A DNA stretch of 32,000 bases from Formosa sp. Hel1_33_131 (GCF_001735745.1 NZ_CP017260.1:630001-662000), one strand, 5' to 3'; positions 18,209 to 27,459 are shown, counted from the first letter of the stretch. The notes: a model not told the origin generated them from the sequence alone. Made by a program: numbers and translations.

Positions 18209-18988
18209 ATGGCTAAAAAGAAAGAACTAAGCGTAGAGGATCGATTAAGAGCTCTTTATGATTTACAATTAATCGACTCAAGAGTTGACGAAATTAGAAA
18301 TGTGAGAGGGGAACTTCCTTTAGAAGTTAGAGATTTAGAAGATGATGTTGAAGGATTCAAAAACAGAGTTCAAAAGCTTGAAGAAAGTCTAACCGAAATC
18401 GACAATCAAATAAAAGCTAAAAAGATTCTTATTGAAGAAGCGACTGGTTTGATTAAAAAATATACCGAACAACAAAAAAATGTTCGTAACAATCGTGAGT
18501 TTAACTCTTTAACTAAAGAAGTTGAGTTTCAAGAATTAGAAATCCAATTGGCCGAAAAACACATCAAAGAATTTAGTGCTCAAATGGAACAAAAAAATGT
18601 TGTGATCACTTCTACTAAAGAACGTTTAGAAGAACGCGAAACGCATTTAAAACATAAAAAAGCAGATCTTGATGCGATCCTTGCTGAAACCGAAAAAGAA
18701 GAAAAACTTTTATTGGCCAAATCAGACGATTACAAAAAGAACATTGAAGAACGCCTTGTAAAAGCTTACACTAAAATACGTACTAACGTCAAAAATGGCT
18801 TAGCCATTGTACCTATTGAAAGAGGTGCTTCCGGGGGATCTTACTTTACAATCCCACCACAAGTGCAAATGGAAATTGCGTCTCGCAAAAAAATCATCAC
18901 AGATGAACACAGTGGTCGAATTTTAGTAGATGCTGTTTTAGCCGAAGAACAAAAACTTAAAATGGAAAAATTGATTTCTAAACTTTAA
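18209..18988 (+). CDS. DUF164 / HP0958-like coiled-coil protein with a degenerate, cysteine-free zinc-ribbon tail
   Basis: 259 aa with a long heptad-rich coiled coil and a C-terminal ...IERGASGGSYFTIPPQ...ITDEHSGRILVD. It is the conserved neighbour of Nif3. Confidence 0.7.
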   Translation: MAKKKELSVEDRLRALYDLQLIDSRVDEIRNVRGELPLEVRDLEDDVEGFKNRVQKLEESLTEIDNQIKAKKILIEEATGLIKKYTEQQKNVRNNREFNSLTKEVEFQELEIQLAEKHIKEFSAQMEQKNVVITSTKERLEERETHLKHKKADLDAILAETEKEEKLLLAKSDDYKKNIEERLVKAYTKIRTNVKNGLAIVPIERGASGGSYFTIPPQVQMEIASRKKIITDEHSGRILVDAVLAEEQKLKMEKLISKL

Positions 18989-19008
18989 CTTTTTACCTTA
19001 CATTATTC

Positions 19009-19039
19009 AAAGCCTTCATTTTTAATGAGGGCTTTTTTT
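19009..19039 (+). terminator. Rho-independent terminator
   Basis: AAAGCCTTCATT-ttt-AATGAGGGCTTT stem with one G.U pair, followed by TTTTTTT. It begins 21 nt after the stop at 18988. Confidence 0.8.
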
Positions 19040-19110
19040 ATTTAATATAATTTTCACACTATTATAAAATTTGGGTTGTAATTTTATTGCGTAAATAAAC
19101 ATAAAAACCC

Positions 19111-19773
19111 ATGAAGAATCTTACCACACTTATGCTTTGCTTGACCTTCAGTTTTATGAGTTGTCAAACAAAAAAAGAAAAAACTAAAATGCAACTTGAA
19201 GTAGAAAATGCCGCTCCCATTGAAGTCCCTCTAAAAGATGGCATGGCACGTGCCTATTTTGCCAGTGGGTGTTTTTGGTGTGTCGAGGCCATATATGAAA
19301 GTGTCAAAGGCGTTTCTGAAGTCATTAATGGTTATGCAGGTGGCTATACCGACAACCCAACTTACCATGCTAGTAATACTGGAAGAACAGGACATGCCGA
19401 AGCTGTAGAAGTTATTTACGATCCAACAGTTGTGAGCTTCTCAACCTTGTTAGATGTGTATTTCGGTTCTCAGAACGTCTCGCAAGTCAATGGCCAAGGG
19501 CCTGATAGAGGCTCCCAATACCGCTCTATTATTTTCTATCAAAATAAGGCACAAAAAGCAATTATAGATCAAAAGAAAGAGACCCTTGGAAAAGCGTTAA
19601 ACATAAGTGTTGCTGCAGAAGTGTATCCCTTTCTAAAATTCTGGAAAGGCGAAGATTACCATCAAAATTATGAGCGTCTGCATCCGAATAATTCCTACAT
19701 ACGAAATGTTTCCATCCCTCGTTTACGGAAATTTCAACAAAAATTTCCTGACTTACTTAAATCGAAGCATTAA
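19111..19773 (+). CDS. msrA: Peptide-methionine (S)-S-oxide reductase, exported or lipoprotein form
   Basis: Active site GCFWCVE. N-terminal signal with a lipobox-like FMSC. Confidence 0.9.
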   Translation: MKNLTTLMLCLTFSFMSCQTKKEKTKMQLEVENAAPIEVPLKDGMARAYFASGCFWCVEAIYESVKGVSEVINGYAGGYTDNPTYHASNTGRTGHAEAVEVIYDPTVVSFSTLLDVYFGSQNVSQVNGQGPDRGSQYRSIIFYQNKAQKAIIDQKKETLGKALNISVAAEVYPFLKFWKGEDYHQNYERLHPNNSYIRNVSIPRLRKFQQKFPDLLKSKH

Positions 19774-19815
19774 TTTTTAAGCTGCAATTCCATTTTGTTT
19801 TCAATCAAAATTGCT

Positions 19816-19823
19816 TATTTTTG
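19816..19823 (+). promoter_or_regulatory. Candidate -7 box (TATTTTTG) for the kynurenine operon
   Basis: TAnnTTTG match 23 nt upstream of the TTG start at 19846. Confidence 0.35.
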
Positions 19824-19845
19824 AGAGAATTCAAACCATCAGAAG

Positions 19846-21117
19846 TTGACAAATTACAAGCCCGGAATCGATTATGCTAAAGCACAAGATCAAAAAGATC
19901 CTTTAGCCCACTACCGTGAAAAGTTTTACATTCCTAAAAATACGAATGGAGACGAGTGGTTATATTTTACCGGAAACTCTCTGGGACTTCAACCCAAAGA
20001 AACCAAAAACCACATTCAACAAGAGTTGGATGATTGGGCAAACTTGGGTGTTGAAGGACATTTTGAAGCCAAAAACCCTTGGATGCCTTACCACGAATTT
20101 TTGACCAAAACCATGGCGGAGATTGTGGGTGCGAAACCCATAGAAGTGGTCATCATGAATACGCTGACGACAAATCTTCATTTATTGATGGTTTCCTTTT
20201 ATCAACCTACCAAAACAAAATATAAAATCGTCATTGAAAGCGACGCCTTTCCTTCCGATCGGTATGCCGTAGAAACACAATTACAGTTTCATGGATTTGA
20301 CCCTTCGGAATCGCTTGTAGAATGGACCCCTAGAAACGGTGAAACCCTTCTAAACATCGAAGATCTAGAATCTATTTTAGAAACGCAAGGCGATGAAATC
20401 GCTATGTTATTAATTGGCGGCGTCAATTATTATACAGGACAATATTTAGATTTAAAAAGAATTGCAGAACTCGGCCACCAACAGGGATGTAAAGTCGGAA
20501 TTGACTTGGCACATGGGGTTGGAAACATTCAACCAAACCTTCACGAATCAGGAGTAGATTTTGCGGCTTGGTGTACGTATAAATACATGAATTCAGGTCC
20601 AGGAAGTCTCGGCGGAATTTTTGTTCACGAACGCTATGCCAATGACACTTCCTTAAAACGATTTGCAGGTTGGTGGAGTCAAAACAAAGCCACCCGTTTT
20701 GACATGCGGCAACCCTTAGACATTACTCCTGGCGCGGAAGGTTGGCAATTAAGCAACCCACCCATCTTATCCATGGCAGCAATCAAAGCGTCTTTAGAAT
20801 TATTTAATGAGGTAGGGATGCCCGCATTAAGAGAAAAATCCATAAAACTGACCGGCTATATGGAATACCTTATTCTGGAATTACAGAATGAAAACATTTC
20901 GATCATCACACCTAAAGATCCTGAACAACGCGGATGTCAATTGTCCATACAAGTGAAAAACGCAAACAAATCTTTACATACAAAATTAACTGCTGCATAC
21001 GTGATCACTGACTGGAGAACTCCAGATGTGATTCGTTGTGCCCCTACCCCTTTTTACAACTCCTTTGAAGATGTTTATAAAATGGTAGAAATCTTAAAAA
21101 CAATTCTGAATGCCTAG
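19846..21117 (+). CDS. kynU: Kynureninase (TTG start)
   Basis: 423 aa with PLP-lysine motif WCTYKYMNSGPG and the N-terminal DPL..YR..FYIP motif. An in-frame stop lies 24 nt upstream and there is no in-frame ATG until about codon 80. Confidence 0.9.
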   Translation: MTNYKPGIDYAKAQDQKDPLAHYREKFYIPKNTNGDEWLYFTGNSLGLQPKETKNHIQQELDDWANLGVEGHFEAKNPWMPYHEFLTKTMAEIVGAKPIEVVIMNTLTTNLHLLMVSFYQPTKTKYKIVIESDAFPSDRYAVETQLQFHGFDPSESLVEWTPRNGETLLNIEDLESILETQGDEIAMLLIGGVNYYTGQYLDLKRIAELGHQQGCKVGIDLAHGVGNIQPNLHESGVDFAAWCTYKYMNSGPGSLGGIFVHERYANDTSLKRFAGWWSQNKATRFDMRQPLDITPGAEGWQLSNPPILSMAAIKASLELFNEVGMPALREKSIKLTGYMEYLILELQNENISIITPKDPEQRGCQLSIQVKNANKSLHTKLTAAYVITDWRTPDVIRCAPTPFYNSFEDVYKMVEILKTILNA

Positions 21118-22504
21118 GCAAGAAAATATATTAATTATTGGAGCCGGACTCTGTGGATCCTTACTCGCTTTGCGACTTGGTCAACGCGGATTTAACGTAC
21201 GCGTGATTGAAATGCGTCAAGATTTACGAAAAGTAGATATCAGTGCTGGGCGTTCTATCAATTTGGCCTTTTCAAATCGTGGACTGAAAGCGATTAAAAT
21301 GGTTGGATTGGATTCAAAAGTTGAATCTCTGTGTATTCCAATGCACGGCAGAATGATTCATGACAAAGAAGGAAATACCTTTCTTTCAAACTACAGTGGT
21401 CGTGAAAACGAATCTATAAATTCCATTTCGAGAGAATTGCTAACCGCCCTCTTATTGGACGAAGCAGAAGCGCTGGATAATGTGACCATTGAATTTAATA
21501 AACGTAGTATAAAAGTTGATTTTGAAGCCAAAGTAGGGCATTTTGAAGACACCATTTCTGGCGATGCTTTTGAGGTATCCGCAGACCTCATCTTTGGAAC
21601 AGATGGCGCGGGTTCCTCCCTAAGAAAAAGTTATTTCCAAGAACGTAAATTTTTATTTAGTTTTTCACAGAATTACCTCACACATGGCTATAAGGAATTA
21701 ACCATTCAGCCCACAAAAAGTGGCGAATTTAAGGCCTTTAAAAATGCACTTCATATTTGGCCGAGAGGCGATTTTATGATCATTGCATTACCAAATTTAG
21801 AGGGCAGCTTTACGGTGACCCTGTTTTTAAGTTATGAAACTGGCGAATACAATTTCAATAATTTGACAACCCCCGAAATTGTCACTGAATTTTTCAAAAA
21901 GGAATTCCCTGATGCACTGGATTTAATGCCCAATTTAGTGGAAGAGTTTTTTGAAAACCCAACCGCACCCTTAGGAACGGTGAAATGTTTTCCTTGGCAC
22001 TATAAAGGCAATAGCCTTTTACTAGGTGACTCCGCACACGCTATTGTTCCGTTTTACGGACAAGGCATGAATGCTTCTTTTGAAGATGTAGTCGAATTTG
22101 ATGCCTTTTTAGATCGGCATGAAGGCGATTGGGAAGCCACATTCAAAGCGTTTGAAACACACAGAAAAGTGGACACCGATGCGATTGCTGATTTAGCAAT
22201 TGATAATTTTCACGAAATGAAGGATCATATTGCCAACCCCATTTTTCAAGAAAAACGAAAAATTGAAATGGCTTTAGAAGCTGAATTTCCAGAGACTTAT
22301 TATTCAAAATATTCATTGGTGACTTTCAAAGAAACAATTGGTTATAACGAAGCAATGACTGTGGGTCGTGCACAAGACAAAGCGATCTTGAACATGCTAT
22401 CCGCTCAAAAAATAGATCCGAAAGAAAATTTAAAGGATCAGCTTAAAAAAGTACAGGAAGAAACAAAAAGCATCCTTACAGAGGGCACGCTTACAAAATA
22501 TTAA
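21110..22504 (+). CDS. kmo: Kynurenine 3-monooxygenase (FAD-dependent)
   Basis: GxGxx[15 protein letters not shown] and [16 protein letters not shown]. Overlaps kynU by 8 nt. Confidence 0.88.
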   Translation: MPRQENILIIGAGLCGSLLALRLGQRGFNVRVIEMRQDLRKVDISAGRSINLAFSNRGLKAIKMVGLDSKVESLCIPMHGRMIHDKEGNTFLSNYSGRENESINSISRELLTALLLDEAEALDNVTIEFNKRSIKVDFEAKVGHFEDTISGDAFEVSADLIFGTDGAGSSLRKSYFQERKFLFSFSQNYLTHGYKELTIQPTKSGEFKAFKNALHIWPRGDFMIIALPNLEGSFTVTLFLSYETGEYNFNNLTTPEIVTEFFKKEFPDALDLMPNLVEEFFENPTAPLGTVKCFPWHYKGNSLLLGDSAHAIVPFYGQGMNASFEDVVEFDAFLDRHEGDWEATFKAFETHRKVDTDAIADLAIDNFHEMKDHIANPIFQEKRKIEMALEAEFPETYYSKYSLVTFKETIGYNEAMTVGRAQDKAILNMLSAQKIDPKENLKDQLKKVQEETKSILTEGTLTKY

Positions 22505-22526
22505 AATACTAACAAAAACGAACACT

Positions 22527-22925
22527 ATGAGTACCAAAGTCACACCAAGAGGCGCCTATCCACACACCAAACGTGTTGGAGATTTTATCTTTGTTTCAGG
22601 CACCAGTTCGAGACGGGCAGACAACAGCATTGCTGGCGTGGATATCATTGATGAAATGGGTACGAAGCACTTGAATATTGAAACACAAACGCGGGAAGTC
22701 CTTCAAAATATAAACACCAATCTAATCAAGGAAGGAGCGAGCTTAGAAGATGTGGTTGATGTCACGACCTTTTTAGTAAATATGAATGATTTTGCAGGCT
22801 ATAATAAAACCTATGCCGAGTTTTTCAGTCCAGAAACAGGGCCGGCGCGCACCACAGTTGCGGTACATCAACTTCCACACCCGGATTTGGTGGTCGAAAT
22901 TAAAGTAATGGCCTATAAAAAATGA
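22527..22925 (+). CDS. RidA/YjgF-family deaminase (candidate 2-aminomuconate deaminase)
   Basis: 132 aa with a YjgF/UK114-type sequence (...[24 protein letters not shown]). The specific function is inferred from operon context. Confidence 0.75.
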   Translation: MSTKVTPRGAYPHTKRVGDFIFVSGTSSRRADNSIAGVDIIDEMGTKHLNIETQTREVLQNINTNLIKEGASLEDVVDVTTFLVNMNDFAGYNKTYAEFFSPETGPARTTVAVHQLPHPDLVVEIKVMAYKK

Positions 22926-24373
22926 GCATGATCCACATACAAAACTATATCGACGGTGTGTTTTCAGATCCCATTCAAAACGAATGGATCGACAATATAG
23001 GTCCTGCCGATGGTTTAGTGTATGGAAAAACTCCAAACTCGAGTTCTAAAGATGTGCAAGCCGCTTATGAGGCTGCTCAAAAAGCATTCATCCCTTGGTC
23101 TGAAACCTCCATAGAAAAAAGAAGTGCTATTTTATTGAAAATAGCCGGTTTGATTGAAGCCAATTTAGACCGCTTTGCAGCGGCAGAAAGTAAAGATAAT
23201 GGAAAACCCATATCTGTTGCAAGGGCAGTTGACATTCCACGAGCGGCGAGTAACTTCCGATTTTTTGGGCATGCGATCACTCAATTTTATAGCGAAAGCC
23301 ACGAAACAAAAAGTGAAAAAACAATCAACTATACCCTGCGACATCCAATAGGCGTTGTGGGTTGCATCTCTCCATGGAATTTACCCTTGTATTTATTGTC
23401 ATGGAAAATAGCACCTGCTCTGGCAGCAGGCAATTGTGTGGTTGCTAAACCTAGTGAAGTAACACCTTATACTGCCTTTTTGTTGGGAGAAATTTGTAAC
23501 GAGGCAGGACTTCCAAAAGGGGTTTTAAATATTGTACATGGTTTGGGTTCAAGCACCGGAAAAGCGATTGTAGAACATCCTCATATCAAAGCAATCTCCT
23601 TTACGGGAGGTACAGAAACAGGTAAATTTATTGCCAAAACGGCGGCCCCCATGTTTAAAAAATTGTCCCTCGAATTGGGTGGGAAAAATCCAAACATCAT
23701 TTTTGCGGATTGTGATTACGAGAAAATGCTAACCACTACAGTAAGGTCTTCATTTTCTAACCAAGGTCAAATTTGTTTGTGCGGGAGTCGGATTTTTGTG
23801 GAAGCCTCCATTTATGAACAATTTAAGATCGATTTTACAGAACGTGTTCGGCAGCTTGTGGTAGGGCATCCCTCTGATGAATCGACACAAATTGGAGCTT
23901 TGGTGTCTAAAACACATTATGAAAAAGTACGGTCTTATATTGAGGGTATTGACCCCACAGAAAGCAGATTGTTATTGGGAGGGGAACAAGTTCATGTGGA
24001 AGGTTATGAAAATGGTTACTACCTTTCACCTGCGATTATTGAAGTCGATTCCAATCAGTGTAAATTAAATCAAGAAGAGATTTTTGGACCTGTCGTTACC
24101 CTGATGTCTTTTACCTCAGATGCCGAAGTTTTAGCGATGGCGAACGATGTAAAATATGGTTTGTCCGCTACGGTATGGACCAATAATTTAAAGCGAAGTC
24201 TAATGTTCTCTGAGAAACTAGAAACAGGAATAGTCTGGGTAAATACTTGGATGCAACGCGATTTGCGCACTCCATTTGGAGGCGTAAAATCATCAGGTGT
24301 CGGTCGGGAAGGCGGATTTGAAGTCCTCCGTTTTTTCACCGAAACAAAAAATATATGTATCAATTACAAATAA
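22922..24373 (+). CDS. NAD-dependent aldehyde dehydrogenase (candidate 2-aminomuconate-6-semialdehyde dehydrogenase)
   Basis: 483 aa with ELGGKNP and catalytic Cys region [13 protein letters not shown]. Overlaps the RidA stop by 4 nt (ATGA). Confidence 0.8.
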   Translation: MSMIHIQNYIDGVFSDPIQNEWIDNIGPADGLVYGKTPNSSSKDVQAAYEAAQKAFIPWSETSIEKRSAILLKIAGLIEANLDRFAAAESKDNGKPISVARAVDIPRAASNFRFFGHAITQFYSESHETKSEKTINYTLRHPIGVVGCISPWNLPLYLLSWKIAPALAAGNCVVAKPSEVTPYTAFLLGEICNEAGLPKGVLNIVHGLGSSTGKAIVEHPHIKAISFTGGTETGKFIAKTAAPMFKKLSLELGGKNPNIIFADCDYEKMLTTTVRSSFSNQGQICLCGSRIFVEASIYEQFKIDFTERVRQLVVGHPSDESTQIGALVSKTHYEKVRSYIEGIDPTESRLLLGGEQVHVEGYENGYYLSPAIIEVDSNQCKLNQEEIFGPVVTLMSFTSDAEVLAMANDVKYGLSATVWTNNLKRSLMFSEKLETGIVWVNTWMQRDLRTPFGGVKSSGVGREGGFEVLRFFTETKNICINYK

Positions 24374-24385
24374 TAAAAAAGACAG

Positions 24386-25168
24386 ATGAACTTAAACTTA
24401 GAACATAAAAACGCCCTTGTGTGTGGAAGTACGCAAGGCATTGGAAAAGCAGCTGCTTTCGCCTTGGCTTCTGAAGGGGTTACACTCACCTTGGTCGCTA
24501 GAAATGAAGCCAAACTGAAAGACGTTATTGCGTCACTTCCAAACGCAGATCAACACGATTATATCATTGCTGATTTTATGAATCCCTCAGATTTAAAATC
24601 CAAAGTTGAAAGCTATATTCAAAAAAATCATGGGTTCCATATTCTTGTCAACAATACAGGAGGCCCTAGAAGTGGTGCGATTATCGACGCCAGCTTGGAG
24701 GAGTTTGAGAATGCCTTTACACAACATCTGAAATGTAACCATGTACTCGCGCAACTCACGGTTCCTTTTATGAAAGAGGCGTCTTATGGACGTATTATAA
24801 ATATCATTTCAACCTCGGTAAAAGAACCGATTGAAGGCTTGGGTGTGAGTAACACCATCCGAAATGCCGTTGGCAACTGGAGTAAAACACTGTCCTTTGA
24901 ATTAGGACGTTTTGGAATTACGGTCAATAATGTATTGCCTGGATTTACAGAAACGGAGCGTTTGAATGAGATTATTAAAATTAAAGCCAATCAAGCGCAG
25001 ACGAGTATCAAAGAAATGACCGCAATCATGAAAACTTATACGCCTGCAAAACGCTTTGCAAAACCAGAAGAAACGGCCAATGCAATTGTGTTTTTGGCGA
25101 GTGAAGCAGCGAGCTATATAAACGGCGTAAATATCCCAGTAGATGGTGGTCGCACAAAATCTTTGTAA
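24386..25168 (+). CDS. Atypical short-chain dehydrogenase/reductase-fold protein lacking the YxxxK dyad
   Basis: 260 aa with GSTQGIGKA (TGxxxGIG-like), NNTGG, and GITVNNVLPGFTET. No Tyr occurs between IISTSV and GITVN. Confidence 0.8.
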   Translation: MNLNLEHKNALVCGSTQGIGKAAAFALASEGVTLTLVARNEAKLKDVIASLPNADQHDYIIADFMNPSDLKSKVESYIQKNHGFHILVNNTGGPRSGAIIDASLEEFENAFTQHLKCNHVLAQLTVPFMKEASYGRIINIISTSVKEPIEGLGVSNTIRNAVGNWSKTLSFELGRFGITVNNVLPGFTETERLNEIIKIKANQAQTSIKEMTAIMKTYTPAKRFAKPEETANAIVFLASEAASYINGVNIPVDGGRTKSL

Positions 25169-25198
25169 CTTGAAAAAATTAATCCTAATACAAAACCC

Positions 25199-25723
25199 AT
25201 GAGCAAGCTAGTATCTCCCCTAAATATCAAAGCGTGGATTGAAGAAAACAGAGCATTATTAAAACCGCCTGTTGGAAACAAATGTGTGTGGAACGATGGC
25301 GAATATATTGTAATGGTTGTTGGTGGTCCCAATAATCGAAAAGATTATCATTATAATGAAACCCCTGAATTTTTCTATCAATTAGAAGGGGATATCATTT
25401 TAAAAATCATTGACAAGGGCGTTGCAAAAGATGTCCATATCAAAGAAGGTGATATATATTTATTACCCTCAAAAGTCCCCCATTCCCCACAACGGGGCGC
25501 AAACACGGTAGGGATCGTCATTGAGTATCCACGACCGGAAGGTGTGGAAGATGCTTTGGAATGGTATTGCGAAAATTGCAACCATCAACTGTTCAGAGCG
25601 CCTTTTGTGCTAGATAATATTGAAACCGATATGCCGATTATATTTGATCGCTATTATTCAAGTGAAGAAAAATGTACCTGCACCCAATGTGGCACTAAAA
25701 TGGAGGCACCAAACAAAATTTAA
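25199..25723 (+). CDS. nbaC: 3-hydroxyanthranilate 3,4-dioxygenase
   Basis: Cupin with the Fe ligand pattern H..ETPEFFYQLEG ... VPHSPQR, and a C-terminal CENC...CTCTQC four-Cys site. Confidence 0.9.
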   Translation: MSKLVSPLNIKAWIEENRALLKPPVGNKCVWNDGEYIVMVVGGPNNRKDYHYNETPEFFYQLEGDIILKIIDKGVAKDVHIKEGDIYLLPSKVPHSPQRGANTVGIVIEYPRPEGVEDALEWYCENCNHQLFRAPFVLDNIETDMPIIFDRYYSSEEKCTCTQCGTKMEAPNKI

Positions 25724-25732
25724 AACAAACAG

Positions 25733-26815
25733 ATGAAACGTAAACTTCGCATCAACGGACATTCCCATTTACTACCTTATCCAGAGGAAATTCCTCAATT
25801 CATGAAAGAAAAGGAGATTTTTTGGGTGGACGATGAGCGCAAGCATATGCTTCAAAAAGGTTGGAGTCGACCGGTGACGCATTCAAGTTTTTTCTTGGAT
25901 GAAAAACTGGAGTGGATGGATCATAATAAAATTGACCATGCAGTGGTTTTAAATTTATCACAGCTCTATGGGAACGGATTGCGTTTGGAAGAAATGAAAA
26001 AAGCTTTGCGTTTTCAAAACGACTACAATGCCAAAATACAACTGGATAATGCCTCCAAATTCACTTGTGGATTTGTGGTGCATCCCGGATTTATTCAAGG
26101 GGCCTTATGGGAAATTGAACGCTGTGTCAAAGAATTAGGTTTAAGAGTGTTGTGTTTACCCACTCACTTTATGGACAGTATTGGGCAATGGCGAAGTGTG
26201 TTTGATAAGGAAAATGACCCGATTTTTGAATTGGCAAATGAATATAATTTAGCGATTGAAGTCCATCCTTATGATGGTGAAAAGATGATTAAGCTCGAAA
26301 ACACTTCGTGGCGTTTTCATTTAATTTGGATGCTGGCACAATGTGGAGATGCGTATCATTTTTATACCTTAAACGGTATGCAAGAACGCTATCCTAACAT
26401 CCGAACGTGTTTTGCACATGGAGGTCAAATGGCGCAAATGAACCTTGGAAGACGAATTCAAGGGTTTGACGGTCGCCCTGATTTATTTGAGGGTAAAACT
26501 CACCCCCGAAAAGCAGTTGGACACCCAAATATCTATTTTGACACCTTGGTTCATGACACCGATTCATTAGAACTAATGTTGAAACGTCAAGGGAGTAATC
26601 AAATTATTATGGGCTTGGACGATCCTTATCCGTTAGGAGAAATGGAAAGCGAAGCGCAGTCTTCTTATCCAGGAAAATTACTAGATCTTGCTATTGACCG
26701 GAAATTAATATCCGAAACGCAGTACGACGAAATTTGGGAAGACAATGTTTTAAGATGGTTGTTTGGGGAAGACAAAGTACAGGCTGAAAAATTGATTCAA
26801 AAAATACTTTCTTAA
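25733..26815 (+). CDS. Amidohydrolase-2 family protein, candidate 2-amino-3-carboxymuconate-6-semialdehyde decarboxylase (ACMSD)
   Basis: 360 aa with an N-terminal metal-binding GHSHLLP (HxH), later His residues, and LDDPYP near the C-terminus. Sits between the 3-hydroxyanthranilate 3,4-dioxygenase (HAAO) gene and the rest of the pathway genes. Confidence 0.72.
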   Translation: MKRKLRINGHSHLLPYPEEIPQFMKEKEIFWVDDERKHMLQKGWSRPVTHSSFFLDEKLEWMDHNKIDHAVVLNLSQLYGNGLRLEEMKKALRFQNDYNAKIQLDNASKFTCGFVVHPGFIQGALWEIERCVKELGLRVLCLPTHFMDSIGQWRSVFDKENDPIFELANEYNLAIEVHPYDGEKMIKLENTSWRFHLIWMLAQCGDAYHFYTLNGMQERYPNIRTCFAHGGQMAQMNLGRRIQGFDGRPDLFEGKTHPRKAVGHPNIYFDTLVHDTDSLELMLKRQGSNQIIMGLDDPYPLGEMESEAQSSYPGKLLDLAIDRKLISETQYDEIWEDNVLRWLFGEDKVQAEKLIQKILS

Positions 26816-27457
26816 ATGCATTTTATATCAGAAAAATTGGACGACTATGTTGTGAAACACTCCGAGGAAGAACCCGCACTTTTAGCAACACTCACTAGAG
26901 AAACGTATCAGAAAATTTTGCAACCCCGCATGTTGAGTGGGCATTATCAAGGACGGGTTTTGAGTGTATTATCCAAACTCATTCGACCCAAAACCATTTT
27001 GGAATTGGGAACCTTTACAGGCTATTCGGCCTTGTGTTTGGCAGAGGGCCTAGACAAAAATGGTATTTTACACACGATCGATATCAACGAAGAATTGGTG
27101 GATTTTCAACGCAGCTATTTTGATAAATCTGATTATGGATCTCAAATAATTCAACATTTAGGATCGGCATTGGACATCATCCCCACCCTAGACACTACGT
27201 TTGATTTGGTGTTTATGGATGCTGACAAACCTAATTATATTAATTATTTTCATCAAATCATAGACAAGCTCAACTCTGGAGGGGTGATTCTTTCTGACAA
27301 TGTTTTATGGAGTGGGAAAGTAATTGAAACTCTTGACCCTTCAGATGTATCAACCAAAATTGTTTTAGAATACAATGCTTTGTTAAAAGAAGATCCGCGC
27401 TTGGAAACCGTGTTACTTCCTATCAGAGATGGACTTACGGTAAGTATAAAAAAATAG
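26816..27457 (+). CDS. Class I SAM-dependent O-methyltransferase (catechol-OMT / YrrM-TrmR-like family)
   Basis: 213 aa with SAM motif ILELGTFTGYSAL and FMDADKPNY. Its ATG directly abuts the ACMSD stop. Confidence 0.8.
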   Translation: MHFISEKLDDYVVKHSEEEPALLATLTRETYQKILQPRMLSGHYQGRVLSVLSKLIRPKTILELGTFTGYSALCLAEGLDKNGILHTIDINEELVDFQRSYFDKSDYGSQIIQHLGSALDIIPTLDTTFDLVFMDADKPNYINYFHQIIDKLNSGGVILSDNVLWSGKVIETLDPSDVSTKIVLEYNALLKEDPRLETVLLPIRDGLTVSIKK

Positions 27458-27459
27458 CT

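Noticed and set aside
18989-19110. The 122-nt gap after the DUF164 gene considered as a hidden ncRNA or tRNA
   Set aside because: It is fully explained by a strong terminator hairpin (19009-19039) plus AT-rich promoter DNA for msrA. There is no cloverleaf-like or GC-rich stem pattern.
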